Notes: generated by a model not told the origin, from the sequence alone. A stretch of DNA of 64,000 nt from Azospirillaceae bacterium (GCA_028283825.1 JAPWJW010000004.1:2292-66291), one strand, 5' to 3'; shown: positions 1 to 8,838, counted from the stretch's first letter. Numbers and translations: made by a program.

Positions 1-258
1 GGCCGGATCCAGACCACCGAAGACATAGGTCCAACGATCCTGTCCCTGCATCGCCGCGCTGGGTCCCCGGTTGCAATTGGCCAGGCAGTCCACGGGCACG
101 ACGCTGATGGTGCAGGCGGTGGGGGTATCGCATGCCGCCGTCTCGGCCGCTTGATACAACATCGCACCGGGACGAGGGGTGGCGTCATCGGGCGGCGGGC
201 CGTCGGTTGGCTGGGGCCCCCGACAGCCGCGGCAGACATAGATCGTGATGTCATTCAT
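1..258 (-). CDS. DUF1636-family Cys-rich metal-binding protein (3' end outside window)
   Basis: Manual translation from ATG 258: MNDITIYVCRGCRG...VVPVDCLANCNRGPSAAMQGQDRWTYVFGGLDP; not in ORF track. Confidence 0.8.
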   Translation of the reverse strand, partial: MNDITIYVCRGCRGPQPTDGPPPDDATPRPGAMLYQAAETAACDTPTACTISVVPVDCLANCNRGPSAAMQGQDRWTYVFGGLDPA

Positions 259-304
259 GGGGAAACGGTGTCTCGGCAGGGCTATCGTTGCAACTGGGGG
301 CGAC

Positions 305-420
305 CTTAGAGCAGATCGGGGAAAGGCGGAATCGCCTTGGAGCGTGGAAGTGCTCTTAAGCTGTTCATGATAGAGCGGAACGCGATCAGGTGATTCCACC
401 TGATCGCGTTCCGCTCTAAG
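305..420. repeat. REP/MITE-like palindromic element (TAGAGC...GCTCTA type)
   Basis: Terminal IR CTTAGAGC/GCTCTAAG; internal perfect 22-bp-arm palindrome 371-392/397-418. Confidence 0.7.
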
Positions 421-629
421 CGGGGGGCACGCCGGTGGAAATAAAATCGGAGGCCGCATTCCCCAGAGATGGGCGCCGCGCCATCTGTCCCTGGGGCGGC
501 GGCGTGAGTTGAAGAGGTGCGTTGCGGTGCGCGACCATGTCCCTTAAGAGGTTGAAGGCACGCGGTGTGCGATTTGAGGCATATGTATGGAGGCCTTGGC
601 CGGCAGGGCGGGGTCGATAGGGGTGGCAA

Positions 630-1610
630 ATGACGACAACGCCGACCGTCCTGGTCGTCGGGGGTGCTGGCTTCGTGGGAAGCCATGCGTGCAAGGCCTT
701 GGGTGCTGCCGGTTTCACGCCGGTGGTTTATGACGACCTTTCCAACGGTGTGCGCGACGCCGTCCGCTGGGGCCCGTTCGAACAGGGCGGCCTGGCGGAC
801 GAGGACAGGCTGACGGCGGTCCTGCGTCAATACCGTCCCGCCGCTGTCCTGCATTTCGCCGCTTTCATCGAGGCCGGGCAGTCGGTGCGGGAGCCGGGCC
901 GGTTCTACGCCAACAATGTCGCCGGCACGCTGGCCCTGCTGCGCGCCATGGCGACGGTCGATCTGGCGCGCATCGTCTTTTCATCGACGGCTGCCGTGTA
1001 CGGCAACCCCCAGATCGTGCCCATTCCGGAGCGCCATCCCTTGGCGCCGGTCAACCCCTATGGCCGCAGCAAGCTGATGGTGGAGGAGATCCTGGCGGAT
1101 CTGTCGGCGGCCCAGTCGCTGCGCTTCGCCGTCCTGCGCTATTTCAACGCCGCAGGTGCCGATCCGGAAGGCGAACTGCGGGAAAACCACAAGCCGGAAA
1201 CCCACCTCATCCCCCTGGCCCTGCAGGCGGCGTTCGGCCAGCGTCCGGAGCTTACCCTGTTCGGCACGGATTACGACACGCCGGACGGCACCTGCATCCG
1301 CGACTACGTCCACGTCGCCGACCTGGCCTCGGCTCACGTGCTGGCGCTGAAGCGGCTGCTGGCGGGGGGCGACAACCTGATCGCCAACCTGGGCACCGGC
1401 CGTGGCCATTCGGTGCGCGAGGTCATCGACACCGTCGCCACCGTCACCGGTCGGCCGGTTCCCGTTCGCCAGGCTGGCCGGCGGCCGGGCGACCCGGCCA
1501 TCCTGGTGGCGGACGCCTCCTATGCCCGGCGCGAGCTGGCCTGGGCGCCACGCTTTCCGGAACTGGCCGACATGGTTCGGCACGCCGCCGCGACCCTGCC
1601 AGGGCTGTAA
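630..1610 (+). CDS. galE: UDP-glucose 4-epimerase
   Basis: GGAGFVGSH, FSSTAAVYG, YGRSK, LRYFNAAGA, DGTCIRDYVHV motifs. Confidence 0.93.
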   Translation: MTTTPTVLVVGGAGFVGSHACKALGAAGFTPVVYDDLSNGVRDAVRWGPFEQGGLADEDRLTAVLRQYRPAAVLHFAAFIEAGQSVREPGRFYANNVAGTLALLRAMATVDLARIVFSSTAAVYGNPQIVPIPERHPLAPVNPYGRSKLMVEEILADLSAAQSLRFAVLRYFNAAGADPEGELRENHKPETHLIPLALQAAFGQRPELTLFGTDYDTPDGTCIRDYVHVADLASAHVLALKRLLAGGDNLIANLGTGRGHSVREVIDTVATVTGRPVPVRQAGRRPGDPAILVADASYARRELAWAPRFPELADMVRHAAATLPGL

Positions 1611-1658
1611 CCTTCATCCCGTCATCGGGCCGCCGGCATCGGCGGTCCGATATTTGTC

Positions 1659-1686
1659 TTGAATGGGAATGATCATTCCCTAATAT
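1659..1686 (+). promoter_or_regulatory. tetR promoter with palindromic operator
   Basis: TTGAAT-N16-TAATAT; the spacer is the perfect palindrome GGGAATGATCATTCCC (1665-1680); would give a leaderless mRNA at ATG 1694. Confidence 0.6.
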
Positions 1687-1693
1687 GGCGGCC

Positions 1694-2022
1694 ATGACAC
1701 CGCCGCTGCCGCCATCCTTGTCCTCCTCTTCCAGCCGCCGGACGCCGGCCCGCGGCCGCTCTCCCGGGCGGCCGCGTGAGTTCGACATGGACCAGGCGTT
1801 GGACCGGGCCATCGCCGTCTTTCGGGAACGCGGCTATCACGCGGCCTCCATCGCCGACCTGAAGGCGGCCCTGGGCCTAACCCCGGGCAGTCTGTACAAG
1901 GCGTTCAAGGACAAGCGCGCCATCTATCTGGCCGCCTTCGGCCGTTACACCATCTTGCGTGCGGCCGCGTTGACGGAGCGTCTGGCGGGCCAGACCACCG
2001 GCCGCGCCCGGCTGGAGGCGAT
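1694..2022 (+). pseudogene. TetR-family regulator, 5' part (HTH) interrupted by prophage
   Basis: GRPREFD...FRERGYHAASIADL...GLTPGSLYKAFKDK; joins 43822-44143 in frame (LEA-M-LAFYL), 216 aa restored. Confidence 0.92.
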
Positions 2023-2434
2023 TGTTAGGGGACACCTGAGATTGGAGTGAGGCGGGATCTGACGGGACATACCGGGATCCTGTGGGACAACCCAGGCAAT
2101 CCGCCATCCACAGCCCCACCACGGCGCGCGCCTCGGGATTGGCGTTGAAATTGGACGGCGCCGGCATCCGGGGCGGTTTCGACACATGAAGTTGGATTAC
2201 CGCCGCGCCAGCGTCCAGGGCTTTTAGGCCGCTCTTAAGCGCGCGCTGGCGCCCTCTTAAGAACGCCCAGTTCCAGGGGCGCGGCGTGCCGCCAAGAATG
2301 ACGGTCGGCAGTCGAAGGGCAATTACCGGAACGGGAATATGGCCGGTGATCGACACCAAATGACGCGAATATTTGCGCCTTGCGAATATAAGGCCCACGT
2401 CGTCGTCATCGTAATCAGGCAAAACTAACGCCAT
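1877..2434 (-). CDS. Hypothetical left-end ORF that runs out of the prophage end into host DNA
   Basis: GGAGG RBS before ATG 2434, TTGACA upstream at 2602-2607; no recognisable domain. Confidence 0.3.
   Translation of the reverse strand: MALVLPDYDDDDVGLIFARRKYSRHLVSITGHIPVPVIALRLPTVILGGTPRPWNWAFLRGRQRALKSGLKALDAGAAVIQLHVSKPPRMPAPSNFNANPEARAVVGLWMADCLGCPTGSRYVPSDPASLQSQVSPNNRLQPGAAGGLARQTLRQRGRTQDGVTAEGGQIDGALVLERLVQTARG
2031..2200 (+). repeat. Left-end transposase-binding sites (2031-2050, 2181-2200)
   Basis: GACACCTGAGATTGGAGTGA and GACACATGAAGTTGGATTAC match the inverted right-end sites. Confidence 0.7.
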
Positions 2435-2685
2435 CTTAACAAATACCTCCGCATCCTCCCAAGCGGGGCGTACGCCCTGGGGGTTAGCTGCATGCGGCTA
2501 TGGAGGTACTTGCACTACCTCTGCGGTGGCCGGGCCGGCCGGTCCACCACCCCCGCTTACGCCCCGGGGGTAAGGCACAGTCAAAAGGTTTAGTCCTTTT
2601 GTGTCAACCCACAAGGGTGTAAACGCGCCATTAATGCTACCGGCAATACTACCATTGTAGCGCAGCGGGTGATGGAATGTGACGC

Positions 2686-3156
2686 TCAGCCGGCCTGCCG
2701 GTCGGTTTTTGCCTTTTCTTCCATGACCATACGGCGCTTCTCCGCGTCTGACGTGTTCACCAGGAACTGGTAGGTTTCCACCACCATTTCCGCGAACGCC
2801 CCCGGCCCTCCCAACAGCACCTCAGGTTCTTCCTGGGCCAAGCGTTGCACCGATAGGATGGCACTCCGTAGCCGCTTGGTGTCCAGCACCGCCGCCGCTT
2901 CAGCCAACGGTGCAGCCGTCTCAGCCTTCGGGCGAGCCTCGCCCTCACCGCGCAGCAGCCATTGTAAAGAAACCTGGTACAGGTCAGCAATAGCCAGGAT
3001 TTTCGAAATAGCCGGCTCGGCCTCACCGCGCTCGTAGCTACCGAGCGTGTTGTTCGGGATCCCCAAACTCTCCGCTGCATCAGAGCGGCTCATGTCCCCG
3101 CGCGCCTGGATCAGGCGCTCTGCGAAAGGGGTCTGCGGCTTCTTCGGAGGGGCCAT
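2686..3156 (-). CDS. Prophage repressor, XRE/cI-like HTH
   Basis: AERLIQARGDMSRSDAAESLGIPNNTLGSYERGEAEP...VSLQWLLRGEG; divergent from ner like Mu c. Confidence 0.85.
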   Translation of the reverse strand: MAPPKKPQTPFAERLIQARGDMSRSDAAESLGIPNNTLGSYERGEAEPAISKILAIADLYQVSLQWLLRGEGEARPKAETAAPLAEAAAVLDTKRLRSAILSVQRLAQEEPEVLLGGPGAFAEMVVETYQFLVNTSDAEKRRMVMEEKAKTDRQAG

Positions 3157-3420
3157 TCTCTGGAACTTTCCTGGAACTGCGGTTCTCAGGCGTGCTCGCG
3201 GTTCCAGAACCGCCGCAACCATTTGAACCAAAAAGAGAAATTCGAAAATCTCGAAAAAGCCGAGCAATTAGCCGCTTGGAACTAATTTTTTTGGTGATCG
3301 AGGCTTCCAATAGTCGAAAAACACGTCTATCATCCCTCCCATAACGAACCCTTCTTCAAAGAACCCTTCTGCGACCCTACGGAGCCATGCCGGGCAATCC
3401 GTGGAAAGGAGCACTATAGC
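3157..3420. promoter_or_regulatory. Repressor/ner control region (operators, possible transposition enhancer)
   Basis: AT-rich; TGGAACT at 3161, 3172, 3277; inverted GTTCCA 3201; TCGAAAA at 3242, 3251, 3314. Confidence 0.55.
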
Positions 3421-3720
3421 ATGGGTTGGCATCCTGCCGACATCCGCGCGGCCGTTGAAAAACGCGGCTCGACGCTGAAGGCCGTGGCCGTCGCTGCCGA
3501 AGTGCATGAGGACGCCTGCCGCTTCGCCCTGCGCCACCGCCACGTCGGTGGCGAGCGCGCCCTGTCCGAATTCCTGAACATCGCGTTGTGGGAACTGTGG
3601 CCCGACCGTTGGTCCCGTCATGGCGCCCGCCTTGATCATCGCACGAAAGAGCTTCGTGAACGCCGCAACCCTATGGGGAACGCGGCTGAGCTGTCCTGTC
3701 AGAAAAATAAGGCTGCCTAG
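3421..3720 (+). CDS. ner: Ner/Nlp-family regulator
   Basis: WHPADIRAAVEKRGSTL...ELWPDRW; AAAGGAG RBS. Confidence 0.85.
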   Translation: MGWHPADIRAAVEKRGSTLKAVAVAAEVHEDACRFALRHRHVGGERALSEFLNIALWELWPDRWSRHGARLDHRTKELRERRNPMGNAAELSCQKNKAA

Positions 3721-3725
3721 ACATC

Positions 3726-4586
3726 ATGGTTAACGTCGCTGCACCCGCGCCAGACGCGGGATTTGAAGTCGAGATCGCCGATATTGAGGTGGCTGAACGC
3801 CTTCGGGCCATCGACCCCGCCCACGTCGCGTTGATCGCCGGGAGCATGCAGGAACGGGGACAGCTGACCCCCATCCTGGTGCGCCGCCGGCAGGGCCGGA
3901 AGGGGAAGCCGTACATCCTGGTGGCCGGTGGTCACCGTGTTGAGGCGGCCAACCTGCTGGCCTGGTCCAAGATCCGGATTGTCCTGTTCGACGGCAGTGA
4001 GGGCGACGCCCGCATGGCCGAGATCGACGAAAACCTGATCCGCCATGAACTGAACCCCTTCGACCGCGCCGTCTTCATGGCCGAGCGCAAAAACCTCTAT
4101 GAGGAACTGCACCCCGAGGCCCGCCAGGGTGGCGACCGGCGCAGCGAGGAATTTCAAAACGACACCGTGTCGGTTTGGTCGTTCTCGAAGGACACCGCTG
4201 AGAAGTGCGGCATCAACGCCCGCACCATCGAGCGTGCGGTGCGCATCGCCACCCAGCTTTGCCCCGAGGCCAAGAAGCGCATCCCCGGAACCTGGCTGGC
4301 CAAGAAGCAGGCTGAGTTGCTGGCGCTCACGCACTTGGAGCCCGCCCACCAGCTGCTGGCCCTGGACATGCTGCTGGCGTCGGCGCCGACCGTCACCACG
4401 GTGGAGGCCGCCCGGAAGATCGTTCAGGGCGTCAGGGAAGAGACCAAGTCCGACACGGATAGGCAGCTGGAAAAGCTGGTCGAAGCGTGGCAGCGGGCCG
4501 GCGCGCCTGCCCGCCGGGCTTTCCTGGCGTTGCGCCAGGCCGCTGGTGATCTGGAGACCAACCCCAAGCTTGAGCAGGTGGCGTAA
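3726..4586 (+). CDS. ParB N-terminal domain protein with HTH
   Basis: GQLTPILVR, LVAGGHRVEAA, EIDENLIRHELN, GGDRRS. Confidence 0.85.
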   Translation: MVNVAAPAPDAGFEVEIADIEVAERLRAIDPAHVALIAGSMQERGQLTPILVRRRQGRKGKPYILVAGGHRVEAANLLAWSKIRIVLFDGSEGDARMAEIDENLIRHELNPFDRAVFMAERKNLYEELHPEARQGGDRRSEEFQNDTVSVWSFSKDTAEKCGINARTIERAVRIATQLCPEAKKRIPGTWLAKKQAELLALTHLEPAHQLLALDMLLASAPTVTTVEAARKIVQGVREETKSDTDRQLEKLVEAWQRAGAPARRAFLALRQAAGDLETNPKLEQVA

Positions 4587-4801
4587 TGGGCGGCTTCGAT
4601 CCCATGGAAGCCGCCCGGCGGCACCTGGAAATGCGCCGCCGTTATATCCAGCGGATGCGTGACCTCATGAGCGCGGAGGCTTCAGTTCCTCCAACTCAGA
4701 TCGAGCAGCCGCATGCGCTACGCGGAAAACTTCTTCCCGTATCCGGCGCAAGTTCCGAAGGAGATGTTCATTCGGAGGGACTTGGGGGAGCCGTTCCATG
4801 A
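4586..4801 (+). CDS. Hypothetical phage protein (overlaps antisense gene, may be a remnant)
   Basis: TAATG coupling to the ParB-like gene. Confidence 0.35.
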   Translation: MGGFDPMEAARRHLEMRRRYIQRMRDLMSAEASVPPTQIEQPHALRGKLLPVSGASSEGDVHSEGLGGAVP

Positions 4802-4955
4802 GAGCGTCCAACCCATCCCCCAGAAGCGCATGGTTGTGCCTCAGAAAGCCGTTGAGGATGATGGCTTGTTCCATCATGACGGCTTCCAGCGCCCGTACGC
4901 TGCCGTCAATTTCGGAAAGCCTCTCCCACAATTCCTTCGTTTCTGATTTTGACAT
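4665..4955 (-). CDS. Antisense moron, 96-aa helical hypothetical protein
   Basis: GAGGGA RBS + ATG 4955, MSKSETKELWERLSEIDGSVRALEAV...; lower GC. Confidence 0.6.
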   Translation of the reverse strand: MSKSETKELWERLSEIDGSVRALEAVMMEQAIILNGFLRHNHALLGDGLDALMERLPQVPPNEHLLRNLRRIREEVFRVAHAAARSELEELKPPRS

Positions 4956-5054
4956 TGGTTCCCTCATCGGTTGTGTCGCGACGCCGAAGATAGGGGAAGC
5001 GCGGGTGGCCGTCACTATTGCGGTGGCGGCCCCCGTTGCCCGGAGGATTGCCTG

Positions 5055-5516
5055 ATGGCTCATCCGAAGGACAAGACGACGCTCGACCTGTTCGAGTGGC
5101 AGCCGCCGCAGATCGTGCACCGGTTTGAGGAAATCCGGGTACGGGCGGCCACGCTGCGCCAGCGGGTTTCCCTGGCCGTCGCTGAGACCCTGAAACAGGC
5201 GGAAGGCGAGCGCGATGCCATCGCCACGCAGGTGTCCGACTGGCTGGGGGAGACGGTCACCCTGAACATGTTGGACGCCTACGCCAGCCAGGCCCGCGAG
5301 GATCACTCCATCCCCGTGGTGCGCCTGCTCGGCCTGATCCATGCCACCGGGGATCTGCGCGTGCTGCAGATGATGGCCGAGATGTTCGGGCACTCCGTCA
5401 TCGACAACAAGTGGCTCCCCTGGGTCGAGGTCGGCCAGCTGGCCGACAAGAAGGATGAGTTCGACCGCGCCTTTGACGCGGCGCGGCGGCAAGCCAGAAA
5501 GGCGATGCGTCCATGA
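5055..5516 (+). CDS. Hypothetical Mu-like phage protein preceding transposase
   Basis: GGAGG RBS, MAHPKDKTTLDLFEW..., ATGA overlap with transposase. Confidence 0.75.
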   Translation: MAHPKDKTTLDLFEWQPPQIVHRFEEIRVRAATLRQRVSLAVAETLKQAEGERDAIATQVSDWLGETVTLNMLDAYASQAREDHSIPVVRLLGLIHATGDLRVLQMMAEMFGHSVIDNKWLPWVEVGQLADKKDEFDRAFDAARRQARKAMRP

Positions 5517-7468
5517 AGGAATGGTATTCCGCCTCCGAATTGGCACCCCTGTTCGGGGTCTCCATCCGCGCCGTCAACAAGAAGGCGGATGACTGGCGTA
5601 AACGGCCGATGTGGCACCCGGCCCGCAACGCCCAAGGCGTGTGGCGCCGGGCTGAGGAAGGGAACGGCTATCTCTACCACTACGCCGTCCTGCCGGCCGT
5701 GGTGAAGGCGAAGTTGGTGGTGGAGAGCGCCCCCGCCCGCGACGACGACGAACAGGAACGGGCGGCGACAAAACGCACTCTATCGGCCGAGGCGGCCTGG
5801 GACCTGTACGGCCGCGCCACCGACAAGAAGAAGACGGTGGCCAAGGGACGCCTGACCATCTTGCAGGAGGTCGAAGCCCTGGTGGTGGGCGGTGTGGCCA
5901 AGAACGTGGCCGTCGACATGGTGTGTCAGATGCGCGGCGTAGGCGTCAGCACCTTCTACCTCTGGGAACAGCGGGTATACGGGGTGGCGCGGCCCGACTG
6001 GCTGCCCATGCTGATGGATCACCGGGCCGGCCGCCAAGTCGAGGCCGAATGCCACCCCGCCGCGTGGGACTACCTCAAGTCCGATTGGCTGCGCGGTGAG
6101 GCCCCCACCTTCACCAGCTGCTTCCGGCGCCTGGAGAAAGTGGCAAAGGCCCAGGGCTGGCTACCGCTGCCGTCCGGCAAGACGCTGGAACGCAGGCTGG
6201 AAGCCCTGCCGGTGCCGGTGAAGGTGCTGGCCCGTCAGGGGCTGGAGGCGCTGAAGGACTTGTATCCGGCCCAAGAGCGCGACCGCGGCCACTTCCACGC
6301 CTTGGAGGCGGTGAACGCCGACGGCCACAAGTGGGACGTCTTTGTGCAGTGGCCTGACGGCGAAATCCTGCGCCCGCAGATGGTGGTGATCCAGGATCTG
6401 TACAGCGGCATGATGCTGGCGTGGCGGGTGGACAAGAGCGCCAACAACGAGGCGGTGCGCCTGGCCATCGGCGACATGGTCGAGCAGTGGGGCATACCCG
6501 ACAAGATTTGGCTCGATAACGGGCGGGATTTCGCCAGCAAGTGGATCACGGGTGGCACCCCCAACCGGTACCGGTTCAAGGTCCGCGAGGAAGAGCCGGC
6601 CGGTATCCTGACCACCCTGGGCGTCGAGGTGCACTGGACGACGCCCTACAGCGGCCAGTCCAAGCCCATCGAACGCGGGTTCCGAGACTTCGCCACCGAC
6701 CTGGCCAAGGATCCAGCCTTCGCCGGGGCCTACACCGGCAACAAGCCTGATGCCAAACCCGAGAACTACGGTTCCAAGGCCGTGCCGCTGGAGACCTTCC
6801 TGGCCGTCGTGGCGGACGGCATCCGCGAGCACAACATGCGGCGCAAACGGCGCAGCGCCGTGTGCGGCGGCGTCCATAGCTTCGCCGACGTGTTCAACGC
6901 CAGCTATGCCCAGGCACCGATCCGTAAGGCCTCAGGGGAGCAGCGGCGCCTATGGCTGATGGCTGCCGAACAGGTGAAGGCAAACTCCGAGACAGGCGCC
7001 GTCTCGCTCAACGACAACCGGTACCACGCCGAATTCCTGTTTGAGCATCGCAGCCGGCCGCTGGTGGTCCGCTTCGACGGCCAGAACCTGCATGCCGGCG
7101 TGCACGTCTACCGCCAGGACGGTGGGTACCTCGGATTTGCGGAGTGCGTGCACGCCGCAGGCTTCGACGACGTTACGGCCGCCAAAGAACACGCCCGGCT
7201 GCGGCGCCAGTTCATGCGAGCCACCCGCGACGCCATGGCAGCGGAAAAGCGCCTGACCATCGAAGAAGTGGCGGCCCTGCTGCCGAGGACGGAAGAGGCG
7301 CCTGCGCCGGAAACGAAGGTGGTTCGGCCCCTATTCCGCAGCAACGGGGGCGCGGCCCTGGCCGTCCAGCACGATCCCGACGCGGCGTCCGACACCATGA
7401 CCGATGCCGATTTCAGCCGCGCCTTCACCGCCGGCGTCCGCCACCTCCGGCCTGTGCCGGTGGAATGA
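5513..7468 (+). CDS. MuA-like DDE transposase
   Basis: N-term KEWYSASELA HTH; NADGHKWD, WLDNGRDF, SKPIERGF catalytic D-D-E. Confidence 0.95.
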   Translation: MKEWYSASELAPLFGVSIRAVNKKADDWRKRPMWHPARNAQGVWRRAEEGNGYLYHYAVLPAVVKAKLVVESAPARDDDEQERAATKRTLSAEAAWDLYGRATDKKKTVAKGRLTILQEVEALVVGGVAKNVAVDMVCQMRGVGVSTFYLWEQRVYGVARPDWLPMLMDHRAGRQVEAECHPAAWDYLKSDWLRGEAPTFTSCFRRLEKVAKAQGWLPLPSGKTLERRLEALPVPVKVLARQGLEALKDLYPAQERDRGHFHALEAVNADGHKWDVFVQWPDGEILRPQMVVIQDLYSGMMLAWRVDKSANNEAVRLAIGDMVEQWGIPDKIWLDNGRDFASKWITGGTPNRYRFKVREEEPAGILTTLGVEVHWTTPYSGQSKPIERGFRDFATDLAKDPAFAGAYTGNKPDAKPENYGSKAVPLETFLAVVADGIREHNMRRKRRSAVCGGVHSFADVFNASYAQAPIRKASGEQRRLWLMAAEQVKANSETGAVSLNDNRYHAEFLFEHRSRPLVVRFDGQNLHAGVHVYRQDGGYLGFAECVHAAGFDDVTAAKEHARLRRQFMRATRDAMAAEKRLTIEEVAALLPRTEEAPAPETKVVRPLFRSNGGAALAVQHDPDAASDTMTDADFSRAFTAGVRHLRPVPVE

Positions 7469-7503
7469 AAAACGGGCCGGGTCACGGCAATGACCCAGCC
7501 CGC
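7468..7503 (-). terminator. Hairpin between A and B with a minus-strand T-tract
   Basis: CGGGCCGGGTCA-CGGCAA-TGACCCAGCCCG preceded by an A run on plus strand. Confidence 0.4.
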
Positions 7504-7530
7504 GAACACGAGAACCAAGGGGACTTTAGC

Positions 7531-8484
7531 ATGAGCGTTGTCACCAGTGAAATGATGAACCATCAGGATCCAGACGCGGTCCGCAGCCACGTTCGCGAGG
7601 CCCTGGCCGAGGACAAGATCAGCCAGGCCGAGGGCGCCCGCCGCGCCGGCATGGCGGAAAGCACCTTCGCCGCCTGGTTGGCGGGAACCTACAAGGGCAA
7701 CAACGACAAGGCGACGGCCGACGCTCAACGGTGGCTGGACGCCCGCCGGTCGCAGAAGGTCGCCGCCGCCACGGTCATGGCCAGCCCAGCCTTCGTGGAA
7801 ACCGAGACGGCCTTGGAATTCATCGGGGCGATGCAATACGCCCAGATCGCCGCCGACCTGACCACCATCGTGGGGGTGCCAGGCGTGGGCAAGACGCGCG
7901 CCGGGGAGGCCTACCAGGCGCGGACGCCGCATGTCTGGCTGGTCACGATGACGCCGACCACGTCGAAGCCCAGCGCCATGCTGGCGGAGATCTGCGCGGA
8001 AATGGACATCCCGGAGAAGTCCAGCACCAAGCAGGCCCGCGCCATCGGCCGCTTCGTGAAGGGCAAGGGCGCCTTGCTGATTGTGGACGAGGCGCAGCAC
8101 CTGCGGCCGGAGGCGTTGGACGAGCTGCGCGCCCTGAACGACCGCTACGGCCTGGGCATCGTGGTCATGGGCAACCTGACGGTGGTGTCCCGCCTGGAAG
8201 GCAAGAAAGCCGACTACGCCCAGCTGTACAGCCGCGTAGGGGTGGGCCTGACCTGCCTGAAGCCGCGTGACGGCGACGTGGCCGCGCTGATCGGCGCCTG
8301 GGGGGTTCAGGATCCGGAGGAAGTCGCCTTCCTGACCACCGTGGCCCGCAAGCCGGGGGCGTTGCGCGCCCTGGACAAGACGATGCGCCTGGCCGGCACG
8401 CTGGCGGCCGGGACCAGCGAGGCGCGCGGCATGCGCCACCTCAAGGGCGCGCGGTCGAAGCTCGGCCGTGGCGCGGAGGGCTAA
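7531..8484 (+). CDS. MuB-like AAA+ transposition ATPase
   Basis: N-term HTH, GVPGVGKT Walker A, LLIVDEAQHL Walker B. Confidence 0.93.
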   Translation: MSVVTSEMMNHQDPDAVRSHVREALAEDKISQAEGARRAGMAESTFAAWLAGTYKGNNDKATADAQRWLDARRSQKVAAATVMASPAFVETETALEFIGAMQYAQIAADLTTIVGVPGVGKTRAGEAYQARTPHVWLVTMTPTTSKPSAMLAEICAEMDIPEKSSTKQARAIGRFVKGKGALLIVDEAQHLRPEALDELRALNDRYGLGIVVMGNLTVVSRLEGKKADYAQLYSRVGVGLTCLKPRDGDVAALIGAWGVQDPEEVAFLTTVARKPGALRALDKTMRLAGTLAAGTSEARGMRHLKGARSKLGRGAEG

Positions 8485-8487
8485 TTC

Positions 8488-8838
8488 ATGGATATCCGTG
8501 CGATCCCCGAGCAGATCGGCGCCCAGGCTGTCTGGGATGGTGGCGACGGCCTGGTCGAGGCCGGCTATGTGCTGGACTGCAGCGGCCTGGTGATGGTGGT
8601 GCGGCGCCGCGATGGCGGCATCACCGTGCCCGTCTCCCTGCCGCGCCTGGAACACCACCAGCACGACGCGGTGGCCCTGGCCGTCAACGTCATGCGGGGG
8701 GTGTCCAACCACATGCCCGTCGCGGCCGAGACGCTGTCCCTGGCGGCGGCGGTGGTGGTGCTAGCCGACCGCCTGCAGGGCGTGCCCCTTACGCCGGCGC
8801 TGGACGGCAGCGGCCTGGTGCAGGCGGTGCCGTCATGA
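8488..8838 (+). CDS. Hypothetical phage protein
   Basis: GGAGG RBS, operon packing. Confidence 0.6.
   Translation: MDIRAIPEQIGAQAVWDGGDGLVEAGYVLDCSGLVMVVRRRDGGITVPVSLPRLEHHQHDAVALAVNVMRGVSNHMPVAAETLSLAAAVVVLADRLQGVPLTPALDGSGLVQAVPS

Noticed and set aside
259..629. Cobalamin riboswitch upstream of the DUF1636 gene
   Set aside because: GGGAATGCGG and GCCCCCCGC fragments exist on the minus strand, but the GCAACTGT, GCCACTG and B12-box elements are not visible.
3157..3267. N-terminal extension of the repressor in the ORF track
   Set aside because: Covers the AT-rich operator region; the HTH-proximal ATG at 3156 is more plausible.
7144..7530. Long N-terminal extension of MuB
   Set aside because: Overlaps the transposase; ATG 7531 has an AAGGGG RBS.
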